Shown one piece after another: positions 1 through 8,936 of a stretch of 64,000 nt of DNA. Below the pieces are notes generated by a model that was not told where the DNA came from, did no database searches, and saw only the letters and a program-made list of their open reading frames with translations. The stretch comes from an uncultured virus (IMG/VR IMGVR_UViG_3300037067_008746) (lineage: Duplodnaviria; Heunggongvirae; Uroviricota; Caudoviricetes). The stretch's first letter is position 1. Every line of letters begins with the position of its first letter. Location of the stretch: IMG/VR virus record IMGVR_UViG_3300037067_008746. One strand, written 5' to 3'. The position numbers and the translations under genes were made by a program.

Positions 1-139
1 TTTTAATTATTTTTTGTTTTTTCGTGAGATTTTTGGTGATTTTTCGGGTTGCTATAATAGGGGAGGGGGGAGAGAGAAAGAGAGGAAGAAGAGAAGAAGA
101 AAAGGATAGGTTAGATGGGAGTGAAGGAGAGAAAAGAAA

Positions 140-408
140 GGATGATTAGGAGAGGGTGAGTGGAAGGAGACGCGAGAAGACAAGGTAAAAGTGAAATTGA
201 ATGGAGTTGAATGACGATGAGATACATGAGAGAGATGGAGAAAGATGAGATGTTGAAAGTGATTGCAGCAGTGGCAGCATTTGCATTATACATGTGTGTG
301 TTGCTGATAGTGACAGGAGTGATAAAATAACAACGGATGATTAGCAGATGGTGAGTGGAAGGAATAGCGTGAAGACAAGGTAAAAGTGAAGATTAATAGG
401 AGTTGAAT
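140..408 (+). repeat. Imperfect ~70-bp direct repeat (140-~210 and 335-~408), each copy preceding a microprotein gene
   Basis: ggatgattagGagaGggtgagtggaaggaGAcgcgAgaagacaaggtaaaagtgaa vs ggatgattagCagaTggtgagtggaaggaATagcgTgaagacaaggtaaaagtgaa; ggatgattagca recurs at 1945. Confidence 0.85.
211..330 (+). CDS. Single-pass membrane microprotein (up to 39 aa; start may be a later ATG)
   Basis: Manual translation MTMRYMREMEKDEMLKVIAAVAAFALYMCVLLIVTGVIK*; ggag upstream. Confidence 0.55.
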   Translation: MTMRYMREMEKDEMLKVIAAVAAFALYMCVLLIVTGVIK

Positions 409-412
409 TGGG

Positions 413-511
413 ATGACATCGAATGGTTGGACATTTGAGCAGTGGTTTGAGTTTTTGTTCGTAGCAGCAATGGTATTGCCTTTTGTGATCTTTTACATGT
501 TTGGGCGGTGA
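413..511 (+). CDS. Single-pass membrane microprotein (32 aa)
   Basis: MTSNGWTFEQWFEFLFVAAMVLPFVIFYMFGR*; aggag upstream. Confidence 0.55.
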   Translation: MTSNGWTFEQWFEFLFVAAMVLPFVIFYMFGR

Positions 512-517
512 AAAAGA

Positions 518-610
518 ATGAATGTGGTTGTGTATATGGGTATAATTTTGTTGACAATACAGATTGTGGTCATGGTTGTTGCCGCAGTTGGGTTTCTCAG
601 GGTGATTTGA
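518..610 (+). CDS. Single-pass membrane microprotein (30 aa)
   Basis: MNVVVYMGIILLTIQIVVMVVAAVGFLRVI*; GGTGA overlapping the previous stop. Confidence 0.6.
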   Translation: MNVVVYMGIILLTIQIVVMVVAAVGFLRVI

Positions 611-611
611 G

Positions 612-719
612 ATGACAACGGTTCAACGAATATTGGACATAGCTATGGTATTGGCGTTAATTGGGATTGTATGCAGCGTGATCGCGATAATACGTGAGGT
701 GATAATGTATGCGAACTGA
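612..719 (+). CDS. Single-pass membrane microprotein (35 aa)
   Basis: MTTVQRILDIAMVLALIGIVCSVIAIIREVIMYAN*; GGTGAT upstream. Confidence 0.6.
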   Translation: MTTVQRILDIAMVLALIGIVCSVIAIIREVIMYAN

Positions 720-726
720 TGGTGAT

Positions 727-858
727 ATGGTGGATTTGTTCTTGAGCGCACTGATGATTACTGGCATGTTTTGTCTAGCAATAGGGGTGTTGTTTTGGGT
801 GATTGTTTTTATCAGCACGTTTTGCAAGTGGGACATTGTGCAATTGTTTGTGATTTGA
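727..858 (+). CDS. Membrane microprotein (43 aa)
   Basis: MVDLFLSALMITGMFCLAIGVLFWVIVFISTFCKWDIVQLFVI*; packed behind the previous ORF. Confidence 0.55.
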   Translation: MVDLFLSALMITGMFCLAIGVLFWVIVFISTFCKWDIVQLFVI

Positions 859-1157
859 ACGTGGTATCATCCAGAAGCCCGTTTTTAGCCTCGTGGGGCC
901 ACTTTGGCTCCGTGGCATTCAAGAGTATGGGATCTAGGTAGAAAGTGGTAAATCCGCGTAAATGGCATGGTATCTCAGTGTAGATGACCTGGTGTCTCAG
1001 TGATAATCCGGCTGATAAAGATGGTTAGCCAATTAGAACGATATGAAGTCAGTAGGAGAATCCAAGGGGGCGGGTGAGCTATAATAGCCCCCAATTGAAA
1101 AACCCAAAAAAACCGTAAAAATTGAAAACCCCTATAAAAAAATTTGAGGTGATTGAA

Positions 1158-1319
1158 ATGAATAAAAATATGCAATTAGTAGGTCTGGGAATTACATTCG
1201 GCGGATGGATATCATGTTTTATAGCAACGATGACAGATTCTCAGAGTGTATGGATAGGTGGAGTAACCGGCCTAATAGGACTACTTATCTATATAATTGG
1301 TTATTACTACAAGAAATGA
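1158..1319 (+). CDS. Two-TM small membrane protein
   Basis: GAGGTGA RBS before ATG 1158; two hydrophobic segments. Confidence 0.7.
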   Translation: MNKNMQLVGLGITFGGWISCFIATMTDSQSVWIGGVTGLIGLLIYIIGYYYKK

Positions 1320-1333
1320 ACAGGTGATGCAAC

Positions 1334-1921
1334 ATGACATACTGGCGCTTGATGGTGATCTTAACAGCAATAACCTGCCTCATCTGCTCCTACGAAGTAG
1401 GAGCTATGACATGGGAAGAAGCAAAAATCGTAATCGACCACAACATCCAAGCCTTCGGCCTGGATGGAATCATAGTGACAAATCCTCAACCAAGCACGAA
1501 CGAATCACTAAAATCATCAATCAACCAAGTACTATCACAGTACCAATATCTTCATCCATATGAAACAGACACATTCGACTGCTCAGATCGCAGCCAAATC
1601 GTTCAATCATTACTCAAATCAGAAGGATTTGACGCAAAACTCGCATACGCAATCAACCAATCGACAGCACCAGATAACAACCACATAGCCCACGTATGGG
1701 TCATCATCTACGACGATGACCACAATATGATAGCAATTGAAACAACATTCTATGATGACATATTAGGCATCATTGTAGAAAAGAAACCGACGCGATTTCA
1801 ATATTATGCAGAATCATGGCAATTCAATGACTCACAGGAACTTACGAATGCATTCCCGCATGATGGAGGAGCAATTAACACGACTTCACTTCCTTCCGCA
1901 CGTGGGGTGTGGTGGGATTAG
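1334..1921 (+). CDS. Secreted papain/transglutaminase-fold cysteine protease-like protein
   Basis: Signal peptide; FDCSD...AHVWV...IETT gives a putative Cys-His-Glu set. Confidence 0.65.
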   Translation: MTYWRLMVILTAITCLICSYEVGAMTWEEAKIVIDHNIQAFGLDGIIVTNPQPSTNESLKSSINQVLSQYQYLHPYETDTFDCSDRSQIVQSLLKSEGFDAKLAYAINQSTAPDNNHIAHVWVIIYDDDHNMIAIETTFYDDILGIIVEKKPTRFQYYAESWQFNDSQELTNAFPHDGGAINTTSLPSARGVWWD

Positions 1922-1965
1922 TGCGCGCTAACGCGCGCACAACAGGATGATTAGCAACCAGAGAG

Positions 1966-2436
1966 GTGTATGAAATGATCACAATCGGAATAGTAGGTCA
2001 CGGCGCAAACAAGTTTACGCCAAAAGCTGAAGCAACCGCAAAAAAGCTAATAAGAACCATTCTAACATCAAAAGAAAACGTAACACTCTGCTCCGGTCAC
2101 TCACCAGTGGGAGGAATAGACATATGGGCAGAAGAAATCGCAATCGAATTAAGAATGAAAACCGACATCAAAGCCCCGATACAGCATACCTGGGACGGTG
2201 AATACGGATACAAAGCTAGAAACTTGGACATTGCTGATTGTTCAGATGAAATTCATGTAATTCTGGTAAAAGATTATCCACCAGATTACAAAGGGACACG
2301 ATTCAATCAATGCTATCATTGTGCAAAACATCCCGAAATGAAAAGTAAACATGTGAAATCGGGTGGATGTTGGACAGGCTGGAAAGCAGCCGAAATGGGT
2401 AAACAACTGAGTTTTCACGTAATAAAAAATGAGTAA
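1966..2436 (+). CDS. SLOG (YspA/DprA-like) nucleotide-binding protein
   Basis: IGIVGHG, SGHSPVGGIDIWAE, YKARNLDIA, SGGCWT..A...GK motifs. Confidence 0.7.
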   Translation: MYEMITIGIVGHGANKFTPKAEATAKKLIRTILTSKENVTLCSGHSPVGGIDIWAEEIAIELRMKTDIKAPIQHTWDGEYGYKARNLDIADCSDEIHVILVKDYPPDYKGTRFNQCYHCAKHPEMKSKHVKSGGCWTGWKAAEMGKQLSFHVIKNE

Positions 2437-2529
2437 AAGCGCACGATGAGAAGATAAGCTTTTACCTTCGCTGCGGCGAAGGTCGGGCGCTAAAACGCGC
2501 CCTAAAAGCATATCATCTCATCGGCGCTT
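2437..2529. other. Y-shaped three-way-junction palindrome (structured RNA or DNA element)
   Basis: 25-bp interrupted outer stem carrying two GC hairpins; followed by a T-tract. Confidence 0.8.
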
Positions 2530-2596
2530 AGTTTTTTATCAGAAGCGAAAGAAAAAAAAAGTAAAAACGTAAGTAAAACTGTAGAGGTGTATAACG

Positions 2597-3148
2597 ATGG
2601 AAAACGTAGAAGTTACGACAATAAACACGCAAGCAAGCAAGAAGACCGCCAGCAAGAAGAACGCCAGCAAGAAAAACAAAAAACAAGTCACACGCGAACC
2701 GAAGGTTGGAGGATTGTTGGCACAAGCACGCGCCAGATATGAAGAAACGCAGAGACTCAACAGCATATTCTTGGAATTGGAGGCTGGAAACCCAACCATT
2801 GCCCTAATAAAGGGAATAGGCTTCAGGGAGCAAGAATTCAAACAGGGGCCATCGATGGTCATAGATATCAAACTGGAAACTGAAGACCACAGGATCAAAG
2901 TGACAGGTGTTCCAGAATTCGCCAGAGCACCATTCAGAGATATGCTAACGATACTGGAAAAGTACAACGTGGACCCATCGGAAATTCATCCACTAGGCAC
3001 AAGGGCCAACTTGAAGACCTACAAATGGACTGCAACAAAAGACATCCCAATCATCATCAACCCGACAAAAGTAAACGAAAGACTGTACATCGGATCAATC
3101 AAAGAGATACCAATCGACGTGATCGAACCAGACGAAATCAAAGGGTGA
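2597..3148 (+). CDS. Hypothetical protein with basic ASKK repeats, possibly OB-fold/nucleic-acid binding
   Basis: GAGGTG RBS; 15-bp repeats encoding ASKKT/ASKKN/ASKKN; beta-rich core. Confidence 0.6.
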   Translation: MENVEVTTINTQASKKTASKKNASKKNKKQVTREPKVGGLLAQARARYEETQRLNSIFLELEAGNPTIALIKGIGFREQEFKQGPSMVIDIKLETEDHRIKVTGVPEFARAPFRDMLTILEKYNVDPSEIHPLGTRANLKTYKWTATKDIPIIINPTKVNERLYIGSIKEIPIDVIEPDEIKG

Positions 3149-3154
3149 TCACAA

Positions 3155-3520
3155 ATGAAACAATCCTTTTTAAAACAAATCATAGGCAAAACAAAATTAC
3201 GTGATAAAAAAGAATACAACATGTCTTTCATGCCGAGAATCGGCAGTGAAGAACCAATCAAAGACGACTGGTATGAGACATACGAATTGTGCCGGACATT
3301 CGAAGCAGCTCATGAAAGCGATCACGATGAAAAAGATGTCTACACAGGAGACGATGCGTTTCCAGATAGTTACAACCACGGAATGTTCATGCACAGCCAA
3401 ATAGCCGACGAACGTGAACTAGAATGGGAACGAACAAAAATGAACAGAACATCAACGAGAACCATGTGGCAAAAAATTGCCACATGGAAAAAAAAGAACA
3501 TGACATCGGAGACAGAATGA
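3155..3520 (+). CDS. Hypothetical protein
   Basis: GGTGA RBS, operon packing. Confidence 0.65.
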   Translation: MKQSFLKQIIGKTKLRDKKEYNMSFMPRIGSEEPIKDDWYETYELCRTFEAAHESDHDEKDVYTGDDAFPDSYNHGMFMHSQIADERELEWERTKMNRTSTRTMWQKIATWKKKNMTSETE

Positions 3521-3750
3521 ACGACACAAATCAAATCTTTTACAACGCTGCTCGTGACAACGAGCAGCTATTAGATTTAATAGCGGCGGAAAAGAATGAA
3601 AAACTAAAACTAATATGGGAGTACCACCGATTTCTAAACTACGAAATAATGAAAAACGTACTAAACAATGATCACACATCAACACTAAAAAACGTACAAG
3701 AAATGAAACGATCATTATTCGCAACAAAACAATACCTGAAAATGATTTAA
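3517..3750 (+). CDS. Hypothetical protein
   Basis: ATGA overlap with the preceding stop. Confidence 0.55.
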   Translation: MNDTNQIFYNAARDNEQLLDLIAAEKNEKLKLIWEYHRFLNYEIMKNVLNNDHTSTLKNVQEMKRSLFATKQYLKMI

Positions 3751-3817
3751 ATAATACCACCACCAGTTGCAAACATTGCCTCCGAGTGACTGGTGGTAAT
3801 AATAGGGTGAATATAGG

Positions 3818-4045
3818 ATGGAAACAATCGACTTAAGCAAAATGCCCTTGCCCTCACCGGGGCAAGGCACAGTAGTGATGAGTGAACAAGACATCAACAC
3901 AGGAGATTTAGTATTTGGAAAAACAAATACGCGAGAAATGCTATCAGTCCTCGCAGACAAAAAAATAAACACCAAGAACTACGGAGATTTCTGTTCGACT
4001 GAATGTTTCTTGAAACATTTGAATAGGGAACAAAACGATAATTAG
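3818..4045 (+). CDS. Hypothetical protein
   Basis: GGTGA RBS; C-terminal FCSxxC. Confidence 0.55.
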   Translation: METIDLSKMPLPSPGQGTVVMSEQDINTGDLVFGKTNTREMLSVLADKKINTKNYGDFCSTECFLKHLNREQNDN

Positions 4046-4104
4046 AAGAACGATGAACAGACTATATTTAGTGGTATTCATTAAAGAGATAAGGAGTCTT
4101 TGAA

Positions 4105-4383
4105 ATGAAAAAACATATGTACAGTGACAAATTTAAAAAGCCGTTGTCGTTTTACGTGCCAAAAAATGCTAATGTTCTGGAATATATCATAAATATGATT
4201 AAAAACGATATTCCAGTAACTGCTCCACCAATGATAACTAGGCGAGTATGGGGATTTGAAAGAGCATTTTCAAATATCAATGGTGGACGACTAATGCAGT
4301 TTATTTACGAAGAATATACTATTGGTCGTGTTGGAAAAGATGGATGGCAACACTATTTCAAAAATGAATATTGTGTAAGGTAA
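4105..4383 (+). CDS. Hypothetical protein
   Basis: AGGAG RBS. Confidence 0.6.
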   Translation: MKKHMYSDKFKKPLSFYVPKNANVLEYIINMIKNDIPVTAPPMITRRVWGFERAFSNINGGRLMQFIYEEYTIGRVGKDGWQHYFKNEYCVR

Positions 4384-4389
4384 TGTTTA

Positions 4390-4905
4390 ATGATAACTTC
4401 TAACATGAACTTGGAAACAGGAATACATTATGGCGTCATTCCAAAGAACGATCTCTTCAATTGTGCCGAAAAGTTCTTCGGAGATGCCGAAGATGTGAGT
4501 TATCAAGAGGCATTGAATGAATTAAGAGAGACATTGAATTCGTTAAATCTAAGTAATAATACAATAAGTGATATGTTAGAAATTGCTGAAGGAGATTTAA
4601 ATGAGTGGTGGGATTCAGAATGTTCCCTAATGCGATATGAAAAAGATGGTTTCATACTCGAATCGTCTAATGACGATTGCGATCTTTTCATAATAAAATC
4701 TCCGTACTTTACCCTGGCCCCGTTTTGCAGCCCTTGTGCTACGGGGGCTTGTTATCTTCGTGATGGGATAAAAGAAGATGAAATAGATGAAAACGGAGAA
4801 GTAAAAATAGGTAGCGGTGGAATTGAAGCATATTGTCTACCGGAAGATTGGTTCGAGAAAGGTAAGTGTCCTTACAAGTATTGGGAGGTAAAAGAAAATG
4901 TCTGA
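4390..4905 (+). CDS. Acidic hypothetical protein with CxxC (FCSPC)
   Basis: Long ORF in the early-type cluster. Confidence 0.75.
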   Translation: MITSNMNLETGIHYGVIPKNDLFNCAEKFFGDAEDVSYQEALNELRETLNSLNLSNNTISDMLEIAEGDLNEWWDSECSLMRYEKDGFILESSNDDCDLFIIKSPYFTLAPFCSPCATGACYLRDGIKEDEIDENGEVKIGSGGIEAYCLPEDWFEKGKCPYKYWEVKENV

Positions 4906-5049
4906 GGTCAAGGGTACGGTATGTGACCAATGCAAGAAAATTGAAATGGATAGAAAAGTGGTTACAGAAACACGAATAGAAATACAAGAAATATGTAATG
5001 ATTTTGGTGAAGCTACAAAAGTATGTTATCCATCTCATGTCGCAACGAA

Positions 5050-5131
5050 GTAATTACAAAAAACGATCTCTTCAATTGTGCAGAAGAGTTCTTTGAAAAC
5101 ACTAAAGATATGAACTACAAGGAACATTAAA
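5050..5131 (+). pseudogene. Degenerate duplicate of 4435-4517
   Basis: Shared 20-bp core aacgatctcttcaattgtgc with alignable flanks. Confidence 0.75.
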
Positions 5132-5153
5132 GAAAAGCCAGTTTACTAAGAGA

Positions 5154-5378
5154 ATGTTAATTATGATTGAAAATTTTATAAATAGTATCACGCGAGTTAA
5201 GGCAGCTCCTTGCAGAAAATTACCTCGTCATGGAACAGGAACACTTCATGACGAGCAACAATATTGTTATGAAATGGGCTATCGTGAGGGTGTAGCAGCC
5301 TTAAGAAAAGCTCAACGTGAATATATTGAAATATACAATTCTGAGCTAAAAAAGAAATTGGAATCATTAAAGAGATAA
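5154..5378 (+). CDS. Hypothetical protein
   Basis: ORF track, co-oriented. Confidence 0.55.
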   Translation: MLIMIENFINSITRVKAAPCRKLPRHGTGTLHDEQQYCYEMGYREGVAALRKAQREYIEIYNSELKKKLESLKR

Positions 5379-5611
5379 GGAGATGGAAAAAAATGTTACG
5401 TGGAACAATAGCCGGAATGTGTTTGACATTAGCAGTGATAAACATACTAATAGGCAATAATGCATGGCCAACCGACATGATAACATCATCAGTATTATCA
5501 ATATTATTGACATATCCATTGGTACAATTCGGAATATTCATGCAAAAGGCCGCAAGAATGTGATCACAATGCCAAACACACGATTTTCTATGTCAAGGAG
5601 ATGATGAATAA

Positions 5612-6049
5612 ATGCCGCCATTCAAGAAAGGCAGAACAATTCTAAACATGAAAAAAGTAAAACAAGAACTAGATAACGCCGAAATCTATGAAGATGAGGA
5701 TGGAAATAAAATCCAAACCATCTATCTAGGAAGTATTTTGAATCTGACACCAAGTGGAAAAGTCTACTATCCATTTGCACATAGCAACGTGGACAAATGT
5801 CCACGTTGTGAAGGAACAGGAGTAATCAAGAACAAAAACGGAAAGACATACAAACAAGAACAACAATGGACACATTGGACACCATGCACAGAGTGTGCAA
5901 GACTAGGATCGCTGGAAGCAAGACTTGATGAAAACTGGTGGAAACAATTAGAAAATGAACTGGACACAATCGATGCATTCAATCATGGTAGTGAAGGAGA
6001 CGGATGTGACGTAATGATTAGTCGCGTCGTACACGACGCGAATAGTTAA
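5612..6049 (+). CDS. Protein with DnaJ-type CxxCxGxG zinc finger
   Basis: CPRCEGTG...CTECARLG. Confidence 0.7.
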   Translation: MPPFKKGRTILNMKKVKQELDNAEIYEDEDGNKIQTIYLGSILNLTPSGKVYYPFAHSNVDKCPRCEGTGVIKNKNGKTYKQEQQWTHWTPCTECARLGSLEARLDENWWKQLENELDTIDAFNHGSEGDGCDVMISRVVHDANS

Positions 6050-6062
6050 CGATAAAAGACAA

Positions 6063-6337
6063 ATGTTAATTACTGTTGCAACGGGGATGTCTATCACGGA
6101 AGTAAAACCAATTTTATATCTTCATTTTGCAACAAAAAACGATACAAATGGCAACCCTCGCAGGGTATTTGTAGTATTTGAGAAGATGGCAAAATAATTA
6201 AAGCCATCGACGAAGGATACAAAGGAGATAGAGTTAAAGAAATCTTCAGATGCAAAATACCATTTGGAGGAAGATTCGAGATAACGCCTAGAGAATATAA
6301 AGATATTTTGAAAACATATGAAATGAGAGGAAATTAG
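6063..6337 (+). pseudogene. Frameshifted hypothetical gene
   Basis: ...NDTNGNPRRVFVVF continues as EDGKIIKAIDEGYKG... in another frame near 6180. Confidence 0.55.
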
Positions 6338-6486
6338 ATAAATGAATTAGAACAATTGCAAATAGAGAATTATAGAGGCTCTGTTTGTGTAAATTGTAAT
6401 CGAGTTGATAAAAAGTATCCAGATGAACATGTTTTAACTTGTATATCATTAGATTATGCAGATAAATTTGAGTACAATGTGGATGA

Positions 6487-6849
6487 TTGAATGCCCGAAA
6501 ATCTAAAACAAATGAGATTTATTCTAGGTTTAATGCAGCAAGGATAGTACTGAATGTGAGGTTGAGGAAAATGACATGGACTCTTAGGGGCTCGATGAAT
6601 GACAGAATCGCATACGACGAAATGGCACACGAATCGGGGAGGGCTTCTGCGATCGTGTTGAACGACGAAGATCTGGAGAGGTCCGATGCCAGGCAGGTTG
6701 CATGTGAAGTTTTCGAGGCAGATCTGAGCGCGAACCAAGTCGCTGTAGATGATGTGGAAGAGGCCAGGGCGCGCTGGATATCTGCGTTTGCTGCAGGATA
6801 TCGGGAAGAGCAGCACCAGAGGAAATGTGAACGCGAGGAGGTGGCCTAG
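6487..6849 (+). CDS. Hypothetical protein in a GC-rich island (true start probably downstream, e.g. ATG 6595)
   Basis: GC-rich; ends in ggaggtggcctag. Confidence 0.55.
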   Translation: MNARKSKTNEIYSRFNAARIVLNVRLRKMTWTLRGSMNDRIAYDEMAHESGRASAIVLNDEDLERSDARQVACEVFEADLSANQVAVDDVEEARARWISAFAAGYREEQHQRKCEREEVA

Positions 6850-7095
6850 ATGGATTGCCCATTTTCTAGGAGGTGCCCGACCGGATGCCTAGACGCGATC
6901 GCGCGCGGGGAACCGCGCTTGTGCGTGCGCGCGCCCATGCCGCCGGAACAATTCGTTCGGTGTGACACGTGCCATTTCGCGCGACCATCTGAGCGGGTGG
7001 ATTGGGGCACCGCCTGGGTGCGCTGCTCCAAAAGCGGCCAAGAGATGCCGCTTCAGCATGCTGGATGCATGAGCGGCAAGAGGGAGGTGGCCTGA
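6850..7095 (+). CDS. Cys-rich hypothetical protein in a GC-rich island
   Basis: GGAGGTG RBS; CDTCHF and several other Cys. Confidence 0.6.
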   Translation: MDCPFSRRCPTGCLDAIARGEPRLCVRAPMPPEQFVRCDTCHFARPSERVDWGTAWVRCSKSGQEMPLQHAGCMSGKREVA

Positions 7096-7137
7096 TTGCC
7101 AGCCACAAAAACTATTTCTAAAAATGGAGTGATACAA

Positions 7138-7668
7138 ATGAAAGAAATCTATATTCAATTATCCAGAGAGGATGTACTGAAAAATTGGGAATGGACACAC
7201 GACGAAGAAAACCAAGAGAACGGCTCTAGGGAGATTCATATTTTCCAAACTCAGATAAAATTTTACGGGCGTGGATCTAAAAATAATCCACAATACGAAA
7301 AATTCCAATTCGTGCAAAATGGATGTTCATATGGTCCAGATTTTGATTATTCAAATATATCTATCTATGGAATAGATGATATGTTTGACAAAAACGATTC
7401 GTATTTCAATGAATTGGATTTTAATTACAGTGAGACAAGATATGAAGCGAGAAAAGAATTTACAGAAATTAATAACATAGAATTGGAAGAAGTAGAAGAA
7501 AATCATTTGGATGAAAATTGGAAACATTACAAAGCAGTAAACGAACTTGAAGATGAGTGGGTTGAAAATCATGCAAGTTATAATCAAGATATTGCTACAA
7601 GTGTCATGAAAAAAGAACTGGTGGATGAAGAGAAGGGAATTGTTTATAAAATTATATGGGAAGATTAA
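7138..7668 (+). CDS. Acidic hypothetical protein
   Basis: GGAGTGA RBS before ATG 7138. Confidence 0.7.
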   Translation: MKEIYIQLSREDVLKNWEWTHDEENQENGSREIHIFQTQIKFYGRGSKNNPQYEKFQFVQNGCSYGPDFDYSNISIYGIDDMFDKNDSYFNELDFNYSETRYEARKEFTEINNIELEEVEENHLDENWKHYKAVNELEDEWVENHASYNQDIATSVMKKELVDEEKGIVYKIIWED

Positions 7669-7978
7669 TGTGCTCCCTATAAAACTTTACAAAAGAAAAA
7701 ACGTAAACAACGGAGACGATGATATGGAACCATTATATGATAAATCATACATGAAAGAAAAAGCAACAAAAATAAGAAGAGCAGCAACACACTTATTAGA
7801 AATACTAGACGAACCAAACGCAAAATGGAATCGAAGTTATTACGTTGATGATATATTAGTTATCGAAGACGCACTAAATGAACTACACATTAAAACGAGA
7901 GAAATCATGAAACTATGCGGAGAAACCGAAGACGATTATTTACTAAGACATATGGGAAAAATAATGAAAGGTAAGTGA
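7625..7978 (+). CDS. Hypothetical protein (true start probably the later ATG, MEPLY)
   Basis: ORF track. Confidence 0.55.
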   Translation: MKRRELFIKLYGKINVLPIKLYKRKNVNNGDDDMEPLYDKSYMKEKATKIRRAATHLLEILDEPNAKWNRSYYVDDILVIEDALNELHIKTREIMKLCGETEDDYLLRHMGKIMKGK

Positions 7979-7979
7979 T

Positions 7980-8702
7980 ATGATCGACGATAATAAAAAA
8001 CAAGCCGCACTGGATCTGATACCAGTCATCATTAACACGGATCAATTGAACAGCCAGTTAACAACTGACTCAGAAACCGACGAACCCTTCTTAATCGTGG
8101 AAGACTGGCACGAAGTAGGAGTCCTACAGAGAGAACTAAACAAATGGATATCACCAAATGCATTCTATGCCAATAGAGACAGATACATCAATGAACAAGG
8201 GAATGAAGCATTCCAAACAATGCGGTTCAGCACAGACGGACACGCACCATATCTAGTGCCAGATGGACTATTCGAACTGTGCGATGTAATCAATTACGGA
8301 TTCTCGGATGAACACATAACATGCTATAATTGCTACAGATCAATATGCACAACACCGGGATATTATGGAGACAAACCAAGATACGCAATAGTAAACGATG
8401 AATTTCTATGTGGTGATTGTATAAACAACTACCACGAAGAAGAATACGTAGAATCGGTGATGAACGATCCAGAGAACGCATTAAACACGGCAATAGTATC
8501 AGAACAAAGACTAAAAGAACTAGGATGGAAAAAATTATCTCGCAAATATGAAAACGGTTTCCACGAAGGAATGAACGACAAACCAAAAGACATATACAAA
8601 AAACTGAAAAAATTAAACGTGTTATTCACATACGAACTAAGTCAGTTCTATGTCGAATTCTATGCATGGATCAAAAAGCCCTCGTCTGATGACGAGGGCT
8701 AA
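7980..8702 (+). CDS. Hypothetical Zn-ribbon protein
   Basis: CYNC...CGDC. Confidence 0.75.
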   Translation: MIDDNKKQAALDLIPVIINTDQLNSQLTTDSETDEPFLIVEDWHEVGVLQRELNKWISPNAFYANRDRYINEQGNEAFQTMRFSTDGHAPYLVPDGLFELCDVINYGFSDEHITCYNCYRSICTTPGYYGDKPRYAIVNDEFLCGDCINNYHEEEYVESVMNDPENALNTAIVSEQRLKELGWKKLSRKYENGFHEGMNDKPKDIYKKLKKLNVLFTYELSQFYVEFYAWIKKPSSDDEG

Positions 8703-8714
8703 TGGAGGACAAAC

Positions 8715-8927
8715 ATGAGTTCTATAAAGACACTAAGCAGAGAAGCGCACGAATCAGCGAAGTTTCGTGGGCACGACATGACAAGATTCAAACGAATAAA
8801 TCACAAACAATGGTATTCAGAATGCAAAAATTGCCACAAAACGATGATAATAAACATTGATCCAATGCAGAATGAAATAGACATAATGGGAAACGCAATA
8901 GCATTAGATTGCGCAGAATACATGTGA
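8715..8927 (+). CDS. Small Zn-binding hypothetical protein
   Basis: GGAGG RBS; GHDM...CKNC. Confidence 0.65.
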   Translation: MSSIKTLSREAHESAKFRGHDMTRFKRINHKQWYSECKNCHKTMIINIDPMQNEIDIMGNAIALDCAEYM

Positions 8928-8936
8928 GGCATAAAT

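Noticed and set aside
2437..2529. tRNA or SRP RNA
   Set aside because: No cloverleaf, T-loop or CCA, and no SRP motifs recognisable.
4435..5131. DGR template/variable repeat pair
   Set aside because: Several non-adenine mismatches and an indel; no reverse transcriptase in the window.
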